Source of the DNA: Elusimicrobiota bacterium
GTDB lineage: Bacteria; Elusimicrobiota; Elusimicrobia; Elusimicrobiales; UBA9959
Direction of reading: 5' to 3'
NCBI GenBank assembly: GCA_029267355.1
Contig: JAJUJA010000002.1
Coordinates: 65,386-129,385 of the forward strand
Length of the DNA: 64,000 nt
Shown here: piece after piece, positions 15,065-25,025 of the stretch
Position numbering within the stretch: position 1 is the first letter of the stretch
How the letters are laid out: every line of letters starts with the position of its first letter
The notes under the pieces: model-generated
What the model saw: only the letters and a program-made list of their open reading frames with translations
Told to the model about the DNA's origin: nothing
Databases searched by the model: none
Translations under genes and position numbers: made by a program

Positions 15065-18000
15065 ATGTCTTGGGCTGAAAAGCCCGGAGGCGAGATGGAA
15101 TTTGAAGAAAATGTAAAACTGGATCCCCAGGGGCTGCAGGACCTTGAAACGGCGAAGCTGTCCCTGAAATGGACAGTTGAAAAGCTTAAAGAGCTGAAAG
15201 AAGAATTAGCCGTATTGAAAGAAGAGAAAATCAAGAGGGAAAACCAGATAAGAGATTTGATACTCAGAGCCGAGCAAAGCGAAGAACTTGTAAAGAAGTG
15301 GCAGACGACCGTAAAGGCCTGGGAAGAAAATGTAAGAACTCAGTCTGAAATGGAGGCGGAGCTTAAAAAGAAGCTCAGACAGCAGATATTAAACGAGGAA
15401 ATCTCGCATCTGCTTTCGGCAAGAAAAAGGCTGGAAGAAGAAATCCGTCAGCTTAAAGAACAATTGGCTCAAAGGGAAGAGGAAATAGGCAGGATAAGAT
15501 CGCAATGGGCCGAGGAGCTTGGAAAAATTTCAAAATTCAAGGACGCCGAAGCTCTCGCCCTGGTGGAGAAATACAAGGAAGAATATGAAAAAAACTCTCT
15601 GTCGCTGAAAGAAAATCTTGAAAAATTTGCCGCTGAAAGCGAAGAAAAAAGGCGCGCCGCCATAGAAGAGCTCAGATTTAATATTGAAAAGGTTTATGAG
15701 GAAAAGCTGGCAAGCCTTGAGTCCATGCTGGCGAAAGAAAGGGAAAAGAACGCCGCTCTGGCGGCTGAAGCCCACAAAAAAGCGCTTGAAAAAGCTGACG
15801 CACAGGCTGAAGATTTAAGACAGAAATATGAAAAGGAAAAAGAATTTTTAATCGAAGAAATAGAAAAAAGAAAACAGCAGGCCCAGCAAGCGGTTTCGGC
15901 CGAACTGGCGAGACTTTCTCAGGAATATCTGAAAAAAGCCGCAGAGCTTGACACCATTATAATAGCCGAAAGGGAAAAAGCCGCGCAGGAATTTGCGCAA
16001 AAAGAAAGGGAACTGGCCTTGAAGTATGAAGCCAAACTTGAAGAAGCGGAAAACAGGCATGCGGCGGCCCTTGCAGAGATGACAAGAAAGATAGAAGAAT
16101 TTGCGGCTAAACGCGAAGAAGAATATGTAAATACAAGACTTAAACTGGAAGAGAATCTTCTTGAGCTGATAAAAAAGCATGACTCTCAAACCGCGCAAAA
16201 TTTTGAGAAAGCTGCCGAAGAGATCAGGGGCAAATGGGCTCAAATGGCGGCCGAACTCGCCGGCGAAAAAACAAGGCTGCTTGCCGAAAATGACGCCCGC
16301 TGGAGCAAAGAACTGCAGAAGATCTCGCTGGAAGCGGAGCTTAAATTCCAGCAAGATCTTATTAAGGCAAGACAGGAGCTTGAAGCACAAAAAGAGCAGG
16401 ATATAGAAAAGATAAAATCGGAGCTTGAAAGACTTTACAAGGAAAAGATTGAAAGGCATAAAGCGGCGCTGGAAAACGAGTTTTCGCAAAAAGCGGCCCG
16501 GCTTCAGGAAGAAGCGGACAATCAGATAGAGAAAGCCAGACAGGAAGCGCTTAGGGAGAGAAAGCAGTATCTTGCCATAAAGGAAGACGAACTGGCCGCA
16601 GAAAAGGAAAAGCTTAGAAAAGAATTTTCCGCCTACAGAAACTCTCTGAAAGAAAAATTTGAGCATTTTGAAGACGAACTTAAGCTGAAATATGCCGAGA
16701 AAGAGGCTGCGCTTGAAGCGAAATACGCCAAAGAGACAGAAGAGAAAAAGCAGGCGCTGCAGCAGGAAAATGAAACATGGCTTAAGGCGATGAAAGCTGA
16801 GTTTGAGGAAAAAGAAAAGATCTTAACCGGCGAAAAACAGGAACTGGCCGAAAAAATCTCCCGGCTGACCGCCTCTTTTCACGAAAGACTTTCGCAAAAA
16901 GAGCTTGAAATGAGCGCCAAATATGAAAGCTGGCTTAAAGAGGCCGAAGAAAAAACGGCGCAGGCGCTTAAAAGAAAAGAGGAAATTTTAAAGAAGCAAT
17001 ATGAAAACAGGGAACTTCTTCTTGAAAGCAGGGAAAAGAAAATGCAGGAGGAGCTGGCCGAGGAGAGAAATAAATTTGAGGAAAAATTAAAGGAGCTGAA
17101 AAAAGATAACGAGCTGGTCCTTGCCGCTGAAAAAGAAAAGCTTAAGGAAGAAGTAATAACTCAGAAAGAAGCCCTGAGAGCCGCCGAAAAGGAATTGAAA
17201 GCGGCCGTTGACAGAAACGAAAAGGAAAAAATGGAATTCAAGGAAAACCTGACGGCTCAATTTGCCGTAAAGGAGCAGAACCTTTTTGATTCTCTATCAA
17301 AGGCGAAAGATGAAATGAACAGACAGGTTCTTGAAAAAAAGGAAAGCCTTGAAGCCGAATATGAGAGAAGAAAGGAAGCTCTCAGGAACAAAGAAAGGGC
17401 GCTTGAAGCTGTTTACGACGAAAAAGCGAAGAAACTTGAGGCGGAATTTTCGCAAAATAAGGCCTCGCTTGAAAAAATGATGAATTCGGAAATTTCAAAG
17501 GAGAAACTCAAGCTTGAGGAACTGTTTGAAACCAGAAAAGAAGAGCTTCAGAAGGCTCATTTTGAAAAAATGGCGCAAATGGAAGCTTCCTACTCGCAGA
17601 AACTTGCTGACATTTCGCAAAGACTGTCGGCGGAGTATGAGGCCAAACTGAAAGACCTGCAGGAAAAAATCAGGGAAGAAAAAGCGGCCTACGAAAAGGA
17701 AAAATCTCAGGAAATGGAAAAGTTTCTTGAAAACTTTTCCAGAGAAAAAGAGGAATGGGAAAAGAAAAAATTTGAAATACTGGAAAATGAAAGACTCAAT
17801 CTCCAGGCCCAGTATGAAAAGAAGGAAGCCGAATTAAACGCCTTCATCTCAAGACATAAAGAAGCTCTGCAGGATGAAAAGAACAAGCTTGAACAGGCCT
17901 ATAACGCCAGACTTAATACGCTTGAAAGGGAATATTTTCAGCATTTTGAAAAAGCCAGAAGCCAGATGGACAAACTGAGAAAGGAGTTTGAGGATGCTTT

Positions 18001-18148
18001 CAGGGAAAAGGAAAAAGAGCTTGAAGAAGAGAAAAACAAAGCCGTATCCAGAGCTCTGTCAAGGGAAAAAGAGCTTGTCGAAAAATACAAGGCCAAGGAA
18101 GAGGAGTTAGTAAAATACTGGCAGAATAAATTTAAGGAAGAGAAATAA
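15065..18148 (+). CDS. Giant E/K-rich coiled-coil protein (1027 aa)
   Basis: A continuous heptad-like E/K/L/A-rich sequence. I see no proline after roughly the first 25 residues. An L-x3-Y-E-x-K motif recurs. No enzymatic or membrane domain is visible. Confidence 0.8.
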   Translation: MSWAEKPGGEMEFEENVKLDPQGLQDLETAKLSLKWTVEKLKELKEELAVLKEEKIKRENQIRDLILRAEQSEELVKKWQTTVKAWEENVRTQSEMEAELKKKLRQQILNEEISHLLSARKRLEEEIRQLKEQLAQREEEIGRIRSQWAEELGKISKFKDAEALALVEKYKEEYEKNSLSLKENLEKFAAESEEKRRAAIEELRFNIEKVYEEKLASLESMLAKEREKNAALAAEAHKKALEKADAQAEDLRQKYEKEKEFLIEEIEKRKQQAQQAVSAELARLSQEYLKKAAELDTIIIAEREKAAQEFAQKERELALKYEAKLEEAENRHAAALAEMTRKIEEFAAKREEEYVNTRLKLEENLLELIKKHDSQTAQNFEKAAEEIRGKWAQMAAELAGEKTRLLAENDARWSKELQKISLEAELKFQQDLIKARQELEAQKEQDIEKIKSELERLYKEKIERHKAALENEFSQKAARLQEEADNQIEKARQEALRERKQYLAIKEDELAAEKEKLRKEFSAYRNSLKEKFEHFEDELKLKYAEKEAALEAKYAKETEEKKQALQQENETWLKAMKAEFEEKEKILTGEKQELAEKISRLTASFHERLSQKELEMSAKYESWLKEAEEKTAQALKRKEEILKKQYENRELLLESREKKMQEELAEERNKFEEKLKELKKDNELVLAAEKEKLKEEVITQKEALRAAEKELKAAVDRNEKEKMEFKENLTAQFAVKEQNLFDSLSKAKDEMNRQVLEKKESLEAEYERRKEALRNKERALEAVYDEKAKKLEAEFSQNKASLEKMMNSEISKEKLKLEELFETRKEELQKAHFEKMAQMEASYSQKLADISQRLSAEYEAKLKDLQEKIREEKAAYEKEKSQEMEKFLENFSREKEEWEKKKFEILENERLNLQAQYEKKEAELNAFISRHKEALQDEKNKLEQAYNARLNTLEREYFQHFEKARSQMDKLRKEFEDAFREKEKELEEEKNKAVSRALSREKELVEKYKAKEEELVKYWQNKFKEEK

Positions 18149-18150
18149 AT

Positions 18151-20964
18151 ATGGACTGGGATTTTCTGGAATACCCGCAAGTCTCGCAGGAAGAAATAGA
18201 TAATGCCAAGATAATTCTCCGCCTTTCAAGCGAGCTCAAGGAAAAGGAAGCCATGCTCGCATCCATGCGCGCAAAAATAGAGGAAGAAGCTCAAAAAGCG
18301 GCAAAAACCAAAGAACTTGAGTATGAAACCATAATGAAGCTGCGCGAGGAAAAATTTTCCAGAAAAGAGGAAGAAATAAGCAGAATTCTGTCTGAGAAGG
18401 AAAGTCAGCTGTGGAACAAATACAAGGAGCTTCTTGAACAGACAGCCGAAAGGCAAAGGCAGGAAACCGAGGCTGAAAAGGCCAGAATGGAGCAAATTCT
18501 GGCGGAAAAGGAAAAGGAACTCAACGATTACAGGGAAAAAATAACGCAGGAAAGCAGGGAGCTTTTCTCAAAGTGGCGCAAGGAAAAAGATTGGGAGACG
18601 GAAAGGGAAAAGGAAATTTTCCTCTCCCGCCTTGAAGAACTTAAGGAAGATTACAGAAATAAGCTGGAAGAAAACTCCCGCAAGATAGAGCAGATCTATG
18701 AGGCCAAGACTCAAAATCTGAGAGAAACGCTTGAAAACAGGCATAAGGCCGAGCTGGAAAAACTTAAGGACGATTTTAAGAAAGAGCTGGAAGAAAAACT
18801 TGCCGCCGAAACAGCGAAAATAGCCGGGGAATATTCCCTGAAATTCGATCAAAATTCGGCCGACTTCAAACATTACCTGTCGGAAATAAAAAACCATCTT
18901 CAAAAAGAATATGAGGAAAAACTCAAGGCGTATAAAGAGAATGAATTTCTGGAAATAAACAGGCTGAAGGAAGAATTGCAGCTTAAAAATCTGGAAATAG
19001 AAAGAATAAAGGAAGAGTTTTCGGCAGCGTCGGAAAAACTTAAAAAAGAATATGCAGCTGCCGGGGAAAGAAACAGGATTGAAAGTGAAAAAATTCAAAA
19101 AGAGTACATTTTGAAAAAGGAGCAGCTGGAAGAAGAGTTTGAAAAAAGATTTTCCGATATTGAGGAAAAAGAGAGCGAAATAAAGGAAGAGGCCGCGGCA
19201 AAAATAAAGGAACTGGAAGCCGTTTACGCAGAAAAAACGAAAATATTAAACGAAAAGGAACGCGAATTAAAGGAAAGGAAGGAATATTTTGAAAACCTTG
19301 AAAAGGAAATACAGCAGACGCTTTTCAACAAGGAAAAAGAGATAGCACTGGCCCATCAGGCCGCCGCCGAAGCGTACAAAAGCTCGCTTTTGCAGGCCTA
19401 TGAAGCCAAGGAAAAAATCCTGGAAAGAGAAAAAGAAAATCTCGCCAAAAAAGCGGCTGAGCTTGAAAAAGAGAGAAAGAGATTTATTAATGAAACAGAG
19501 AGGGCTATTGCCGAAAAGAACGCGGTTTTGCAGCTCTTAAAAAAGGAAAGGGAAGAGTTTAAAGAGAAAAAAGAGGAATTTGCAAACGAGCTTATTGAAC
19601 AGGCAAAAAACAGGGAAAAGGAGTTTGAAGCGGCTTTGAGAGAGAAATTTGAGATTGAGTTAAGAATCGAAAAGGATAAAGCTCTTGCGGAAAAGCTCAG
19701 CTGGGAAAAAATAAAGGAGAATTTCAAGGAGGAAATAGAGTCTCTCCGAAAAAGGCACGAAGCGGAAACCGAAGAAAAGAGCAGGCAGTACAAGGCTCTT
19801 GCGGAAAAAATAAGATCAGAAAAGGAACTTGAGATAAGATCCATAAAAGAGGCGTGGGAAGCGGAAAGAAGCAAAATGCTTGAATCATTTTCGCTTGAAA
19901 GGGAGAAATTGCTTGAAGAAAAAAGAAACGAACTTTCCATGCAGGCCGCAGCTTTAAGAAAAGAATTTGAAGCCGCGCGGTATGCGCTTAAAATCGACCT
20001 TGAGATCAAGCTGCAGGAAACATATGAAGATTTTGAGCAAAAGATAAGGATAAGAGAAGCCGAAGAAAAGGAGAGGATAGATTCCCTCAATGAGAAAATA
20101 AAACGGCTCAATCTTGAGCTTGAGAAAAGTCTTTCGCAAAAGAATGAGCTCAATAAAAGAATAATGGAAACTGAAGAGATATCTGCGATTCTCATGCAGG
20201 AAAAAGCGGAACTGGAAAAGGAAAAAAACGAAACGGCCCTGATGATAAAAAGATCGCTTGAAAAAGAGTTCTGGGAGAAAACAAAAAGGCTTGAAGAAAG
20301 GTATATGAACCATATTTCGCAGACCGCCCTGCACTATCAGGAAATACAAAGAGCGAAGGAAGAGGAATTTTTCTCCAAAATACAGGCTATTAAAAGCCGG
20401 TATGAACAGGAAATAAAAAGCCAGGAGGAAAGGCTTCAATCATTCTATGAACAGAAACATCAGCATTTGGCCAAAAGTCTTGAGGAAACCTACGCGCTCA
20501 GGGAGAAAAATCTTCTTTTAAGAATAAAACAGATAGAAACTTCTTATGAAAATCTTCTTAAACAAAAGGCGGAAGAAATAAACAGGGACACTCTTTTAAA
20601 TAAAAACCTTGAAGAGCTTGAGAAACAGCTCAGAGAAAAGAACAGGGAACTGTCGGAAAAAATACTGACGCTGGAAAACACGCTTGCCCTCAAGGAAAAG
20701 GAGCTTTCTGACAGATACGAAGAGAAAAGAAAAAATCTTGAACAGGAATACCATGTTAAACTTTCCCAGATAGAATCGGAAAAATCCAAGCTTAAGGCCC
20801 TGACTGAACAGGAGCAGGAGATAATCTCAAATTTAAGAAAAAGAGAAGAGCAGTTAAAGGAAACCTACAGGGAAAAAGAGGCCGCTCTTGTCAGAGAATT
20901 CAACAGCGTAAGGGAAAAACTGGAACTTGAGTATCAGAAAAAGCTTAAAGATAAAGGGATATAG
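18151..20964 (+). CDS. Giant E/K-rich coiled-coil protein (937 aa), paralogue-like partner of the upstream gene
   Basis: ATG lies 2 nt after the upstream TAA. Composition and the L-x3-Y-E-x-K periodic motif match the upstream protein. Confidence 0.8.
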   Translation: MDWDFLEYPQVSQEEIDNAKIILRLSSELKEKEAMLASMRAKIEEEAQKAAKTKELEYETIMKLREEKFSRKEEEISRILSEKESQLWNKYKELLEQTAERQRQETEAEKARMEQILAEKEKELNDYREKITQESRELFSKWRKEKDWETEREKEIFLSRLEELKEDYRNKLEENSRKIEQIYEAKTQNLRETLENRHKAELEKLKDDFKKELEEKLAAETAKIAGEYSLKFDQNSADFKHYLSEIKNHLQKEYEEKLKAYKENEFLEINRLKEELQLKNLEIERIKEEFSAASEKLKKEYAAAGERNRIESEKIQKEYILKKEQLEEEFEKRFSDIEEKESEIKEEAAAKIKELEAVYAEKTKILNEKERELKERKEYFENLEKEIQQTLFNKEKEIALAHQAAAEAYKSSLLQAYEAKEKILEREKENLAKKAAELEKERKRFINETERAIAEKNAVLQLLKKEREEFKEKKEEFANELIEQAKNREKEFEAALREKFEIELRIEKDKALAEKLSWEKIKENFKEEIESLRKRHEAETEEKSRQYKALAEKIRSEKELEIRSIKEAWEAERSKMLESFSLEREKLLEEKRNELSMQAAALRKEFEAARYALKIDLEIKLQETYEDFEQKIRIREAEEKERIDSLNEKIKRLNLELEKSLSQKNELNKRIMETEEISAILMQEKAELEKEKNETALMIKRSLEKEFWEKTKRLEERYMNHISQTALHYQEIQRAKEEEFFSKIQAIKSRYEQEIKSQEERLQSFYEQKHQHLAKSLEETYALREKNLLLRIKQIETSYENLLKQKAEEINRDTLLNKNLEELEKQLREKNRELSEKILTLENTLALKEKELSDRYEEKRKNLEQEYHVKLSQIESEKSKLKALTEQEQEIISNLRKREEQLKETYREKEAALVREFNSVREKLELEYQKKLKDKGI

Positions 20965-21009
20965 AAAACGCTGCGGACAGCCTTCACAAAATTCTCAGCA
21001 TAAAAAATA

Positions 21010-23550
21010 TTATTTAGAGACTTCTTTTTTCAGATCAGCCAGAATATTAAGAGCTTCCAGGGGGGTTAGTTTTTCTATCTCTATGGCAGCAATTCTGCAG
21101 GACAAGGAGTCATTTTCAAACAAGGGTAGAAAATCCTGTGCCGCATTCTGCTCAGGCGGCGGAGCTTTTTCAAGCTCGGAAAGTATTTCTCTGGCCCTTG
21201 AAACGCATTCTTGGGGCAGGCCGGCAAGCTCGGCCACATGTATCCCGTAGGATTTATCCGCCGGGCCGGGCACGATTTTATGCAAAAAAACAAGCTCCTT
21301 TTTGCCGTCGGCGCCGATCCACTCCCTTGCTGCTATGTTGAAATTTCTAGCCCCTTCAAGAATTAAAGGCAATTGAGTCATCTCAAAATAATGAGTGGCG
21401 AAAATTACCATGGCCTTTTTTTTATGGAGATACTCGCAAACGGCTCGAGCTATGGAAATGCCGTCAAAAGTGGAAGTTCCGCGGCCTATTTCGTCAAGAA
21501 GGACCAGACTTCTCGGCGTGGCTGATTTGAGTATTTCGGCAGTCTCTTTCATTTCAACCATGAAAGTGGACTCTCCGCGGCTTAAACGGTCATGGGCGCC
21601 GATACGGGTCATTATTCTGTCGGTCACGCCTATGACGGCACGGTCTGCCGGAACAAAACTGCCTATCTGAGCCATCAGCACGCAAAGAGCGTTTTGTCTT
21701 AAATACACGCTTTTTCCGCTCATATTGGGGCCGGTTAAAATTATCATTGAAGCGCGCTTTTCGCCTATGGCAAAGTCGTTCGGCACAAATTCGCCGGCGG
21801 CAAGATATCTCTCAACAACAGGATGTCTTCCCCCTGTTATTTCTATTATGTTCTCGTTTGTTATCTCAGGTTTTACATAGCCGTAGGTAAAAGCGGCCTG
21901 CGCCAGACTGTAAAAGGCGTCAAGTTCGGCAAGGCACAGCGAATAAGTCCTTATTTCAGGCAGGGACGAGAAAATTTTTTCTTTAAGATTTTCAAAAATG
22001 GCGCTCTCAAGTTTTATTATCTTTTCCTGCGCGCCGAGTATTTTATCTTCAAGCTGTTTAAGCTCCGCCGTTGAAAATCTTTCCGCATTCGTTAAGGTCT
22101 GTCTTCTTATATAAGAAGGCGGAACCTTTGATAAATGAGTTTTAGTCACCTCTATAAAATAGCCGAAATTGGAAGTATATCCTATTTTAAGCGAGGGAAT
22201 GCCTGTTTCGCGCCTGCAGGATTCCTCCATCTCGGATATCAGCCGCTGAGAATTTTTCCTTATGGTTCTTAATTCATCAAGCTCGCTGTTATAACCGTCG
22301 GCTATAACGGCCCCGTCTGATATTCTTGCCGGCGGCTCAGCAACAACGGCCCTCTCTATTTCAGACCTCAAAGGCATCAAAGAAGGCAAATCGGCAAGCC
22401 GGTTGGCTATGAAACCGGCCACTGAGAGAAAATCTCCGCTTGATATGAGCGCCTTGAATCTCGGCAAAAGAGAAAGCGCCCTGCCGAGCGCGGCCGCATC
22501 CCTGGGCGTCAATGAAAAATTGGATATGCGTCCGGATATGCGTTCTATATCCGGAGCGGCGTCAAGCAAAGCCGCCAAATCCTGCCTTTCTTTTTCAGCA
22601 GACACGAGAAAAGAGGTTAAATCCTGCCTGACCTTGATGCTGTAAATATCGGCCAGCGGATTTAAAATCCATCTTTTAAGCATTCTGGAGCCCATTGATG
22701 TCTTGGAAAAATCAAGAGTCTTCCACAGGCTCACGCCGCCTTCATAGTCGGCTTCAACCAGCTCAAGGGTTTTTATGGCCGTTTCATCCAGGCGCATTAT
22801 TCCCCTGTCTTCAAAATACAAGGGTGAAAAAGAAAATTTTGTAGCAGGCTGGGTCTTGAGAATATATGAATAGGCGAGAGCCGCCGCTTTAAGGGCGAGC
22901 TTTCTGTTCTTCCATTCGTTTTCATTCTCAAGGCCCGTTTCAGCGTATTCAAAAAAATGCGCGGCAACAGGCCCGGAAAATTTCACTCCTGATTTGGAAA
23001 AAATCCCGCTTGTCTTATGATCTGCCACTATCTCGGAAGGCATCACTCTGGCTATAAGCTCTTTAAGGCAGTGAAACTCAGGATCATTCAGGTTTTGAGA
23101 AGCCTTAAATTCGCCGGTTGAGACGTCGCAATACGCCGCGCCCCAGCCGACTATGTCGGCAAACACCGCAAAAAGATAGTTTGAAGATTTTTTCTCAAGC
23201 AAATCCTCTTCTATCAATGTCCCCGGAGTTATTATCCTTACAACCTCTCTTTTGAAAAGCTTGCTTTTTGAATCCTCTTCGCCAACCTGCTCGCAAACGG
23301 CCACGCTGCAGCCGAGTTTTATCAGTCTTGATATGTAGGATGAGCTTGAATGGTGAGGAACCCCGCACATTGGCACCCCTTGTCTTGAAGTCAGGGTAAG
23401 AGACAGGGCCGCGCTCGCTTTTTTCGCGTCCTCGCCGAACATTTCATAAAAATCGCCCAATCTGAAAAAAAGTATGGAATCTTTGTGCTTTTTTTTCAAA
23501 AAAGCGTACTGCTTCATCAACGGCGTGTCTGGCACCTCAAGGATTTCCAT
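21010..23550 (-). CDS. mutS: DNA mismatch repair protein MutS
   Basis: N-terminal mismatch-binding region (TPLMKQY...FYEMFGEDA), Walker A GPNMSGKS and LLDEIGRGTSTFDG; 846 aa. Confidence 0.95.
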   Translation of the reverse strand: MEILEVPDTPLMKQYAFLKKKHKDSILFFRLGDFYEMFGEDAKKASAALSLTLTSRQGVPMCGVPHHSSSSYISRLIKLGCSVAVCEQVGEEDSKSKLFKREVVRIITPGTLIEEDLLEKKSSNYLFAVFADIVGWGAAYCDVSTGEFKASQNLNDPEFHCLKELIARVMPSEIVADHKTSGIFSKSGVKFSGPVAAHFFEYAETGLENENEWKNRKLALKAAALAYSYILKTQPATKFSFSPLYFEDRGIMRLDETAIKTLELVEADYEGGVSLWKTLDFSKTSMGSRMLKRWILNPLADIYSIKVRQDLTSFLVSAEKERQDLAALLDAAPDIERISGRISNFSLTPRDAAALGRALSLLPRFKALISSGDFLSVAGFIANRLADLPSLMPLRSEIERAVVAEPPARISDGAVIADGYNSELDELRTIRKNSQRLISEMEESCRRETGIPSLKIGYTSNFGYFIEVTKTHLSKVPPSYIRRQTLTNAERFSTAELKQLEDKILGAQEKIIKLESAIFENLKEKIFSSLPEIRTYSLCLAELDAFYSLAQAAFTYGYVKPEITNENIIEITGGRHPVVERYLAAGEFVPNDFAIGEKRASMIILTGPNMSGKSVYLRQNALCVLMAQIGSFVPADRAVIGVTDRIMTRIGAHDRLSRGESTFMVEMKETAEILKSATPRSLVLLDEIGRGTSTFDGISIARAVCEYLHKKKAMVIFATHYFEMTQLPLILEGARNFNIAAREWIGADGKKELVFLHKIVPGPADKSYGIHVAELAGLPQECVSRAREILSELEKAPPPEQNAAQDFLPLFENDSLSCRIAAIEIEKLTPLEALNILADLKKEVSK

Positions 23551-23685
23551 TTTTATATTTTACCATAATAAACGCGGTCTTCTCCGGCTTTAGGCAAAAC
23601 TTAAACCCGGCGTATAACAAAATTAAAAAGACGGAGGAAGCGGCATGCGGGGGGGATGCCGGCCTCAAATATGATAAAATTTTCA

Positions 23686-24561
23686 ATGATGGAAATATTG
23701 GAAGGTAAAACTCTTTCAGCCGAAATTCTGGCTAAAGTCAAGAAAGATGCCGGGAAATTCCTGGAAAAAAAAGGCAGAGCTCCTTCTTTAAGGATAATCA
23801 ATTATTACGACAATTCAGCTTCATCGGTTTATATGAAACTGAAAATAAAGAAAGCCGCCGAGATAGGCATAGACGCCCGAGAATTAAGGCCTGATATCAG
23901 CCGCGGAAAGGAAGGATTTTTAAAGCTTCTTGAAGAATGCGCCGCAGATGAAAATATTGACGCCGTTATGGTTGAAAGGCCTTTGCCTGAAGGATTTGAC
24001 GACTGGCTTTTCTGGAAGAAAATGCCGGCTCATAAGGATCCGGATTGCCTTTCGGCCGACAATAACTCAAGGCTGTATTTAAGCAAGAACTTCAAAGAGA
24101 TAGAAAATGGGGATTTCTTTTCTCCGTGTACGGCCCTGGCAGCTGTGAGTCTGGCCAGGCGTTACGGGCTTTCTTTCAAGGGCAAAAAAACCGCAGTGGT
24201 CGGCCGTTCAGCCGTGGTTGGAAGGCCGCTGGCGCATATGCTGAGCTGCCTGGACTCAACAGTGACTCTATGTCATTCAAAAACCGAGGATATAGGCTTT
24301 CACCTCAAAAGCGCTGATTATATTTTTCTTGCCATAGGGAAAGCTAAATGGCTCAAAAAGGAAATGATAGGCGAGGGGCAAGTCATCATAGATATAGGAA
24401 CGAATTTTGATGAGAACTCCAAAATGTGCGGCGACGCTGACTATGAAGACTTAAAAAACAGCGTAAAGGCGATATCTCCGGTGCCGGGCGGCGTCGGACC
24501 GATAACGCTTGCCTTGCTGCTTGAAGCCTCGGTAAAGGCCGCTTTAAGGAGGTGTCCATGA
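23686..24561 (+). CDS. folD: Bifunctional methylenetetrahydrofolate dehydrogenase/cyclohydrolase FolD
   Basis: MMEILEGKTLSAEI start, GRSAVVGRPLAHML and PVPGGVGPITLALLL motifs. Start chosen at the ATG at 23686 inside the longer track ORF. Confidence 0.9.
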   Translation: MMEILEGKTLSAEILAKVKKDAGKFLEKKGRAPSLRIINYYDNSASSVYMKLKIKKAAEIGIDARELRPDISRGKEGFLKLLEECAADENIDAVMVERPLPEGFDDWLFWKKMPAHKDPDCLSADNNSRLYLSKNFKEIENGDFFSPCTALAAVSLARRYGLSFKGKKTAVVGRSAVVGRPLAHMLSCLDSTVTLCHSKTEDIGFHLKSADYIFLAIGKAKWLKKEMIGEGQVIIDIGTNFDENSKMCGDADYEDLKNSVKAISPVPGGVGPITLALLLEASVKAALRRCP

Positions 24562-25025
24562 GAATTATCTCTATCGCCGCAGCCGCGGTTTTTTTCCTTT
24601 CATTAAATGTCATCGCTCAGCAGGAAACAAACGAACAGAAAAAAGATGAGGTGAAATCTTCACAAAAAACGGAACCCGGGAAAAAAACCGGTAAACCGGC
24701 GAAAAAGAACGCAGCAAAACCTTCAAAGAAAGACAAATACATATTCAAGAACGAGGAAGATTCCACCTATAAGCTTGATGAAACGGCAAATCCGCTGGAC
24801 ACAAAAAAAGAGAAAACGAATAAAAAAAGCAAAGCGAAAAAAATGCAGAAGGACTACAAGAATTCTGTAAACAATACCCCTTTCAAGTCTTATAAGTTTG
24901 ACGAAAACGGAAATCCTATATCCGATTCGCCTAAATCTAGCTCAAAAACCAAAAAAAACAAAAAGGAACAGGATGATTCTGGTTTGGATTTGCCTGTTGA
25001 GAGCCAGAAAATAAAGACGAGGTGA
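24552..25025 (+). CDS. Secreted lysine-rich low-complexity protein
   Basis: Signal peptide MSMRIISIAAAAVFFLSLNVIAQQ followed by a K/N/E-rich, disordered-looking sequence. It overlaps folD by 10 nt and the GNAT gene by 4 nt. Confidence 0.45.
   Translation: MSMRIISIAAAAVFFLSLNVIAQQETNEQKKDEVKSSQKTEPGKKTGKPAKKNAAKPSKKDKYIFKNEEDSTYKLDETANPLDTKKEKTNKKSKAKKMQKDYKNSVNNTPFKSYKFDENGNPISDSPKSSSKTKKNKKEQDDSGLDLPVESQKIKTR

Noticed and set aside
15469-20789. Many long antisense or off-frame ORFs inside the two coiled-coil genes, for example 15848-16666 (272 aa), 18568-19098, 19398-20195 (265 aa) and 19954-20439.
   Set aside because: They are by-products of GAA/AAG/AAA-rich coding. The complement is TTC/CTT/TTT-rich and stop-poor. 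Their products are F/L/S-rich nonsense with no starts or RBS context, while the sense-strand ORFs are far longer and coherent.
20927-21341. Short ORFs on both strands at the mutS 3' end (20927-21250, 21081-21293 and 21138-21341).
   Set aside because: They overlap the well-supported mutS C-terminus or run antisense to it, and they have Arg/Ser/Pro-rich spurious composition.
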